Part shown: positions 55,401 through 64,000 of the stretch, one piece after another
Position numbering within the stretch: the first letter of the stretch is position 1
How the letters are laid out: each line of letters opens with the position of its first letter
Assembly (NCBI GenBank): GCA_021613535.1
Contig: CP075494.1
Location: 8,618,001 to 8,682,000, forward strand
Reading direction: 5' to 3'
Source: Adineta vaga
Taxonomy: Eukaryota > Animalia > Rotifera
DNA: 64,000 nt
The notes under the pieces: model-generated
What the model was told of the DNA's origin: nothing
The model's input: the letters and a program-made list of their open reading frames with translations, nothing else
Databases searched by the model: none
Program-made: the position numbers and the translations under genes

Positions 55401-56747
55401 AAAGTCTATTACAATGTCAAGATGATGGTGATGCAATTATGGTATTAACAAATTATTTAGATGGAATAACGGATGATAATGATAAAGAAAAGAAAATCGT
55501 CTATTTAATAAAACAATCTTACATGAATTATAATGGTATTAATGAAGAAGATATCAATCGTTTACGTTTAAAACATCGTTTGAAAGTAGTACAAAACATG
55601 GGTGAAACAATTTTACAATCAGCAGCAAAGAATACATTGAAATATACATTATTTACAGAAGAACAGATCAAAGATCTTTTTTATGTTTTTCGAGTAATAT
55701 TTAGCAGAAAAGTATCGATGAAAAAAAATGAATTTATTAATCTAGGATGCGTCACGTTTATCCTTGAGTGAAACAAGTGATCCGAGAAAATTACCTTATG
55801 AAACATATCGTATTGGTCGAACTGAATATCTTCTTTTATGTAAATATTTGTTACCATGGTTTGTTGGTGAACATCCTGAAGATTTAGCAAATACATTATT
55901 TGATGTAAATATAAAAATGAATGTAAACTTGATTTGAATTGCTTTTGTTTTCTCGGATAGGGATTTTGTATGACAACAAATTCAAATGAAATGGATTTTA
56001 TTAGTTTTATTCGTTTATGGAATATTTTATTAAATGAAGAATTTAAAGAGAAATTAAAACTTTTATTTATTATACATCTTAAAGGTTAGTGTATAAAAAT
56101 GACGAATATTTATCAAGAAAAATTGTATATTTAGACGAAAAACGACGAAAAACAGCAATAATTAGTTTATTAGAATCATCTACAGTTCAGTCAACATCCA
56201 TAAGTTTTCGTCATAAACCAGAAGAACCAATTGTACCTAGTGAAGCGGATTCAACATCAGTTGAAACAGAACAAGAACAAGAACAAGAAGAAAATCTTAA
56301 ACCTAAATCAAGTCAATTACCATTGATGAATCAGGTACGTGTATATACGTAAATACAATAGAGAATCAATCTATGCAAATAATTCGTCTTTATTTTAGAC
56401 GGAATTTATACAATTATGTAAATCAATGTACAATTTAATGACAGGTGATGTTGATGATGAAAATCTCTTTCGAGCATTGACAACATCGAGTACAATTCTT
56501 TTAAAAACCGGTCGGCTTTTTCATAATCATGATGATCTTTATTCTCATTTTTTTTTCAGGTGAAATGAGTAGACCTTACCGTCGATTAGAAACCGATGAA
56601 ACAACAAATGAATGGACACTTAGTTTTGAACAATTAGAAGCAGCTATGAATGCTGAATCATCTATAGTTACATGGTTTGAATCCAATAGTCAACAGCAAT
56701 CTCTTGAACAACGTATTCATAATTACAATCAAGATTTTCTTCATTAA
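52442..56747 (+). CDS. TBC1D9: TBC1 domain family 8/9 Rab-GAP (two GRAM domains, TBC), multi-exon
   Basis: MWVKPSEIL|VNGFW|[17 protein letters not shown]; [19 protein letters not shown]; [11 protein letters not shown]; catalytic EIERDLYR and GYCQAMN; [21 protein letters not shown]. Confidence 0.94.
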
Positions 56748-56912
56748 AGATTTTTCTCTAACAGTGCAATGTATAATAACATATATTTTCTCTCTCTCTC
56801 TATTTTTCTTCATCTTCTTTTATTAATAAACATTAACGGTGCTTTTTCGGATTTCTAACCAACATAAATTACAATTATTCTTTTTAGGAAAAGAAAAATA
56901 GATTTTTTTTTC

Positions 56913-59783
56913 ATGGATCGTATCAATACGATAATAAATGATTTGATTCTCTCGAATGAATTTGATTTAATTCATCCGGTTATCAAAGCAGGATTATTAA
57001 CACTCGTTCGAGATAATTATTTATCACAATTTCTTCTAACTATCGAACAAATATCGAATCTACAAATGAATACTTATCATCTGGCATTTGTACAATTTCA
57101 TAAACAGTTAATCGATATTGAAACATATTTAAAAACATTAGCACAAACATTAGAAACTCAATATCATTTACAATTATTTAATATCGATGAATTTATGATA
57201 CAATTACCATACAATGCTGTTAAACAACAATTATTACATACAACTAATATTATTAAATCGACATTTTATATGAAATTTATTGACATTTTCGAATATTATT
57301 TAGCAGCATATGCAGCTCGACATGCACGAATCGCTTGTGCTGAATTATTGAAAGGTTTGAGGAAACAAATTTTCTTCCTTAGTAGAAAAAAAAAACTTCT
57401 TATTTTATAGATACAACATCATGTTCATTTTGTAAATTACCATTATCATCGGCATGTAAATGTGTAGAATTACAAGAACAATTCGAAATTATTATTCTAA
57501 TTTTGTAAGTTAAATTGTTTCAAAAAGAGAAAATTTTGATCTTTATTGCTATTCTAGGAAACGTCTTGGCCTTCTATCGCGTGTCTGTCAAAGTGCAGCA
57601 TTGTCAGCTTGTCGAAATCGAATTACGAATTTTATTAAACAAATCTGTGAACAATATTCATCACATGCATGTCTACCACATTTAGAACAGGTATGCAAAT
57701 CGATAAGAGTCTTTATTATTCGAATAAAGTATATAAATGGTCGTACATTTTGCATTTATTTCTAGTGGTTTGAAGGTGGTGTAATAACATGGCTTCATAT
57801 TCTTGAATCTCATTGTAAAACTGATCAAGATGATGATAAGAATAGTGAAAAACATCAATCAACATTTAAAATTGATTTATCTTCATGTCGTACTGAATTA
57901 ACGCATCATGTTTATGAATGTATTATGCGTGAAAGAGGTGCTCGACATATGTTTCAAATTATTATTGATTATCCCGAATCTCGACATGGCGGTGTATTAG
58001 ATGATTTGAAACGTTGTGTATCCATTGTTGGTAAACGTCATTTAATTATTGATAATGTACGAAATGAATTTAATAAACGACTTTTACATCCGGGTGTTGG
58101 TACAACAGATATTTTAGCAGCATTTATTAATGCAATACGAGTTTTACGTTATTTGGATTCAACAGGTGTGATGATGGAATTAGCTTGTCACAATGTCAAA
58201 CAGTTTCTTGCGTAAGTTTATGAATTCGAGATTGTATAGATATTGATTTGAATTTATGTATGTTTTAGACGACGTGAAGATACAATTCGTGTTATTGTTA
58301 GTAACATGAATGAACATGATGTTTTAGAATTAGATGAATTGACACAAAGTTTGTTGATTGAGAAGGAATATAAGTTGATTCTCATTTGCGTTTATTATAG
58401 GCGAGGGTGGTGGACATGTTCGATCAAGTCAATCGTTACTTGATGACGAATGGGAACCGGAACCGATTGAAGCATTATCAGGTTAGTTTTGATTTGATTA
58501 ATTTATTTCATTACTTTCTATTTTTCGACTGTTTAGCTCCTGAACGTGCTCTTCGTCCATCACATTCTCGTGATTTAATGTCAATGCTTGTCTCTATCTA
58601 TGGTCATGCCGAATTATTTGTTGAAGAATATGTTCATATGTTAGCGGATCGTATGTTATCTGGTCAATCAAATAAAGTTGATATCGATCATGAAGGTCGT
58701 TATGTTGATCTATTAAAACAACGATTCGGGGATGGTGGTTTACAAGGTTGTGATGTTATGCTCAAGGATTATGTTGATTCACGTCATATCAACGGTTTAA
58801 TTAATAAAGAATTAGCTAATACAAATTTTCCACTTGTTAGTACAGCTGGTGTACCTATCAAAACATTGATTATATCAAGTCAATATTGGCCTGAAGTAAA
58901 ATTTTCACCTATTGATTTACCAGATGAATTAAAAGCAATTCAAAAAGCATATACAACAACTTATGAAACGTTGAAACCACATCGTACATTACATTGGAGT
59001 CCAAATTATGGTAAAATTTCAATTCTATTCTTTTAAAGATCCAATGTTTCTGTTGTCTTTGTGTTTAGGACAAGTGGATATTGAAATTGAAATCGGTGGA
59101 AAAACATTAGAATTTAGTGTAACACCATTTCATGCAGCGATTATCTATAAATTTCAAGATAAAGGTAAATTAATCTGATAAAAGTACGAAGTTTTGTTTT
59201 AACACAAAATGGTATTTTGTAGATACGTGGACAATTGCTGATTTAAGTTCCTCATTAAAATGTTCGACAGCGTGTATACGTAAACGTATCAATCTTTGGC
59301 AAAATTGTGGATTATTAAAAGAAGAAGCGAAAGATACTTTTCGTTTAGTAGAAGATACATCTAAAGTTGCATCGAATAATTCATCTCAAGCACCCGCAAT
59401 GTTAGGTGTCGATGTTGATGATATGAATGTTGAACATCAAGCTGAACCTGATAAAAAAGAACATGAACATACTGTAAATTATCTTTTGTATTCATCTTTT
59501 TATCTTTTGCATTTTGTATTTCATTTAGATTGTACGTAATTTTGTCTTTGGTATGCTTCGTTCGATGACATCGTTAACATTAGAAAGAATCTACTCGTTA
59601 CTATGTGTTTATACATTTCATGGTCAACATGAACGAACATTAATCGATGTACGAAATATTCTTGATGCAGAAGTTAAATCAAATCAATTATTATATACAA
59701 ATGGACTCTATTCATTACCACTAAGTCAAGGAACAAATTCGACATCACCGATTTCAACAAATGAGAATATGCTTGTAGATTAA
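56913..59783 (+). CDS. ANAPC2: Anaphase-promoting complex subunit 2 (cullin-like), multi-exon
   Basis: FQIIIDYPES, RLLHPGVGTTDIL, LRYLDSTGV, RREDTIRVIV, WEPEPIEA, DLMSMLVSIYG, LLKQRFG, CDVMLKD, C-terminal SLTLERIYSLL. Confidence 0.93.
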
Positions 59784-60007
59784 ATAATGAACAAAACGAA
59801 AGAATGAATGTTTGTATATACAGAAAGGAATTCTTTTTTTTTATCAATTAAAAGTAAAACAACAATCACAGGATAGACTTTTTTTTCGATTATTAAATAA
59901 ACGAAACTTTCACAATTAAATCAAATGAAACAATCCATTGATCTGTTTGCATAAACGTTTCTTTGAAGAACATGTTTGATTATTTCAGATACGAAGAAAT
60001 AAAAGCT

Positions 60008-61176
60008 ATGTCTCATCAAACATTCCTTGTCGGTACTGGTAGTGAAACAATCTATGCATGTCGTTTAACTGATAATGGTCAATTACAATTACTGCATGAG
60101 AATAGAAGTGGAAAAGCTCCATCATGGCTTCTTAGTAATAATGACTTTCTCTATGCAGTCAATGAGGAAGATGATAAAATTGAAACATTTACTATTGATG
60201 ATCGTATTCAAGGTAAATTAACATCGAAAAATAGTATTTCATCAAAGGGAAGTACGCCATGTTCACTTGCTCTGGATCCATTGAATAAATGGCTTGCTGT
60301 AGCTAAGTTTGTTTCTCGACAAAGCGAAAGATATCTATCATCTCATAAATTAATGTGATTTTCGTTTAGTTATGGTGGACTTGGTTCATCGAATTTTGCT
60401 CTATTACCATTGAATAAATCTCAATATCCTGAAGAAAAAGATGCTCAAATAGGAACTATTGATGGACGTGGTCCACATCCTGATCGTCAAGATCATTCAC
60501 ATTGTCATCAAGTACAATTCCATGGAAATTATCTTTATGTTATTGATTTGGGTACAGATACGATAAATATCTATTGTTTTGATGAGAGTACTGGCGAGAT
60601 TCATTTACTCCATGAACGAATTAAAACACAAGCTGGTGCTGGACCACGTCATTTACTTTTTCATCCTGATAAACCAATAGCGTTCGTTTGTAATGAATTA
60701 AATTCAACAATATGTGTTTATCAAGTTGATTCAAAAGTCGGAAAATTTGAACTTCAACAAACGATAACAACACGACGTTTACAAGACATACAAAGTAAAC
60801 TAACCTATTATTGTTCGAACTATTTTATATCGATTATCTTTTAGATTCAACAAAAGAAAATACACCAGCTGAGTTACATCTCTCACCTGATAAGAAATAT
60901 TTACTTGTTTCTAATCGTGGTGATGAAAATCTCGTTATTTATACAGTCAATAATGATCAAAAAGATGACATTTTAAGTATCAAAGAACATCTCAATATTC
61001 AAGGTTCAGGTCCACGATATTTTACTTTTGATCCAACAGGCAATTATTTACTCGTTGCAAATCAAAATTCGAACAATTTGATCTGTTTTTCATACAAGAA
61101 AGAAGATGGTACATTTGAATTTCTTTCACAATTAGTGAATGTTCAAAGCCCTCAACATATTCTTTTTATTTCTTAA
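60008..61176 (+). CDS. pgl: 6-phosphogluconolactonase-like 7-bladed beta-propeller lactonase (YbhE/Pgl, cycloisomerase-2 family), 3 exons
   Basis: PSWL, LYAVNE, GSTPCSL, AN|YGG, GPHPDRQDHSHCHQV, DLGTD, GAGPRH, NELNST, VSNRG, GPRYF, VANQNS; introns 60307-60369 and 60795-60844. Confidence 0.9.
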
Positions 61177-61389
61177 AGACGTTCTTTTTTTTTAAATATT
61201 TATCAAAAAAATTAATTTATTTCCGTATACCAGCAATATCATTTAATCTCTTTTTTTGTACTGATGTTTATCACCATCTATCGTCAATTTCTTTCCATTC
61301 GTTCTTATTGTTTTAGAATAGAATTCTTCGATAACTTCATATTTTCTTTTTATGAACGAAAAAGATTATCTAACCTTGCTTAAAATCAA

Positions 61390-62143
61390 ATGGTGAAGAC
61401 ATTTACTACTCAATGGTTATATACATTTCCATGGGATCAAGTTGTAAGTGGATTTTGGCAAAAATTTCCCAATCCTTACACGTAAATTAGCATTTCTTTT
61501 CTTTATCACATTCCTTTGAGCTTTTTTATTACAGAGGTCATGTTTTATCGGAAGATACGTACTATCGAACTGTTACTAAAGATCAAGTTTTAATCTCGAA
61601 ACGTTTATTAGCAAAAACGAACAAACTTCCACGTTGGGGTGAACGAATATTTAGTCGTGGTGCAGCATCAACCATTGGATTTATTATTGAAGAATCAATA
61701 TGTGATCTAAAATCAAAGATATTTACAACATCAACAATAAATATCAATTTAAAATCACTGATGGTAAAGAAAATTTAATTAACGAAAGATTCTGATTCTT
61801 TTTTATTCATATAATCTTCAAATTTTAGACAGTAGAAGAAAAATGTGTGTTTCATCCGGATAAAACGGACGAATCAAGAACAATTTGTGAAAAGACAGTG
61901 AGTGCTCAAGGAGAATTATTTGGCTTTAAAACTACTCTCGAAACATTTGCTATTCAGCGTTATAAGAAAAATCAAGAATTACAAAGTCTTGGTTTAGAAT
62001 TTATTCTTCATAAATTATATTTACCACAATTACCACCACCACCTATAACAGGAATAAAAACACCAGATACTCGAACATTTTCCCGAAAAATAAGTGATAA
62101 AGCAAAAGATTTTTTGAAGACGTCAAAGAATGACACATTATGA
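61390..62143 (+). CDS. PRELID1: PRELI domain protein 1 (Ups1-like), 3 exons
   Basis: MVKTF...PWDQVVSGFWQKFPNPY|TGHVLSED...SKRLLAKTNKLPRWGER; TVEEKCVFHP. Confidence 0.9.
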
Positions 62144-62389
62144 TCTCGTTTGTTTGTTGATATTTTGTATAAAAAATATAACTTGTTATCGTTAAGATTC
62201 TTTTTTCTTGAAGAAAAAAATTAATAAGATTTGTTTTTCTTTCTGCTTATAGATAATGAATTATATGATTACGATGGAATGTGTCTCAGAATTTAAATTC
62301 AACTTTAGATAAAGCATCGGAGACGGTTTCTCTTTTCTCTACAATGATCAAAAAATTCTAGATATAACTATTTTGTCAATAATTCGGCG

Positions 62390-63760
62390 ATGACAGCAGC
62401 TAATGATAATATACTGTTAATAACTGCCGGTTATGATCGAACCATACGATTTTGGAATGCCAATAATGCGGCGGTTTATCGAACTATTATGCATGAAGAT
62501 TCCGTAAGTTTTTTCGAAAAGGAACTCATGTGCAGCTATAAATTCTTGTGCTTTTTTTAATATTTAGCCAACGAATTGTTTAGCGATACATCCACAGAAA
62601 ACTTTGCTCGCAGCCGGTAGTCATCAACATATAAAAATGTACGATTTAATGTCTAATAATCCCAATCCAGTGATGAAATTAGATCAACTACAGAAGAATA
62701 TAGTGACATTAGGTTTTAGTGAAGAACGAAATTTTATGTTTTCAGGCGGAGAAGATCATTGTGTGAGAATTTGGGATATGAGGTTTGAAAAGAAATTGTT
62801 CTTTTTATACTTTAATCAATTGAATTGAATTACATAGAGCGGCAAAAACAAAAGCTCATCGACAGACAACAGTCAATGCTTCTGTTAATTGTGTAACACT
62901 TCATCCAAATCAAGTTAGTTTTTATAATTTGAAAATTCTTTATCTAATGTTGATACTAACATAGGCAGAATTATTAATCGGTGATCAAGATGGAACAATC
63001 TATCGATGGGATATGGCTGGCGATAAACATGAAACATATGTATGATTATTTGATTGAAAGTTTCTATTTTCTATTGAACCAATTTTCTTTTAGACTATTG
63101 ACGCCAATAATCCAAGTGCAATTCGATCGATTTCGATTAATCGTGATGCATCTATGATGGCTGCAGTCACTAGTAATGTAAGTCATTGATATGCGAAAAA
63201 TCTTCGTCGACCAAATAGTTTTTGATGTATATAAAATATTTGTTCTTGTACGTATAGGGTAATTGTCAAGTTTGGTCAATGACTGGTTTTGCTGCTCAAA
63301 CACATCTTATACGTCGTACAAATTTCTTAGCACATAAACGTTATGCATTGAAATGTTTATTTTCACCCGATATGACGTAAGTTAAATTTCACTTCGTTTG
63401 TAAATAATTCACTCCCTTGTTTTTAGTTTATTAGCAACAACATCAGCTGATGGTACCGCAAAAATATGGCGTACATCAGATTTGTCCTGTCAGTATGAAT
63501 TAAAACATGATCGTCTACAGAATTGGGTATGGGATTGTGCATTTACATCAGATTCACTTTATCTTGTCACAGGTTTGTGTATTCTATTTTCTTTTTGAAA
63601 TATGTTTTCTTTTTTTATTACACCATTGAACTTTCTTTTAGTATGCTCTGATGGAAAAGCACGTTTATGGTCAGCAGATACTGGTGATATTGCAAAAGAA
63701 TATATAGGACACCAGAAACCTGCGACTTGTTTAGCCTTTGATGATCGACCAGCTCGTTGA
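62390..63760 (+). CDS. MLST8: TOR complex subunit LST8 (WD40), multi-exon
   Basis: [84 protein letters not shown]; TGA at 63760. Confidence 0.95.
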
Positions 63761-64000
63761 TCGTATCGTAATATTTGTATATATAAGACAGAGTATTTTA
63801 AAAATCATTTTATTGTAAAAATCCTTTGAAAAATTGAATTTATTACATGGAATGATGTTCCTTTTTGATACTCTATCGTTATCGTGAAGTTTTCAGTTGA
63901 GAGAACTGTTTGTCTTAATTAACATCTTTCTGAGAATATAAGAAATTTTATGAAGAAGATTATTTCTCATTCAAATAATCTTGCTCTACGTTAATCAATT

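Overview
Eukaryotic, very AT-rich, gene-dense DNA with short (~45-70 nt) GT-AG introns. The style (tiny introns, frequent CGA/CGT Arg codons, orphan 7TM receptors, an intron-bearing bacterial/fungal-type enzyme) fits a bdelloid rotifer best; this is inference. Most ORF-track entries are single exons, so spliced models were rebuilt by eye. Apparently intact genes: an orphan GPCR, DLD, a two-CNBD protein, a secreted 33-aa-repeat protein, a GT25 glycosyltransferase, CtBP, a Shaker/Kv1 channel, an Ig-like membrane protein, RPS20, MCCC2, a small Gly/Tyr-rich protein, a vasopressin/oxytocin-type GPCR, a METTL7-like methyltransferase, and a tight same-strand run TBC1D9-ANAPC2-pgl-PRELID1-MLST8. Main observations: (1) an ~11.5-kb island (about 40100-51613) bracketed by an ~830-bp direct duplication of the METTL7/TBC1D9 divergent promoter, holding intron-retaining ASNA1 and VPS13 relics, three TIR elements and long hairpins; (2) CtBP with its catalytic His replaced by Arg; (3) Shaker with four phase-compatible alternative N-termini; (4) an HGT-like YbhE/Pgl lactonase with two introns inside an operon-like cluster. 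No database searches were possible, so novelty is untested.
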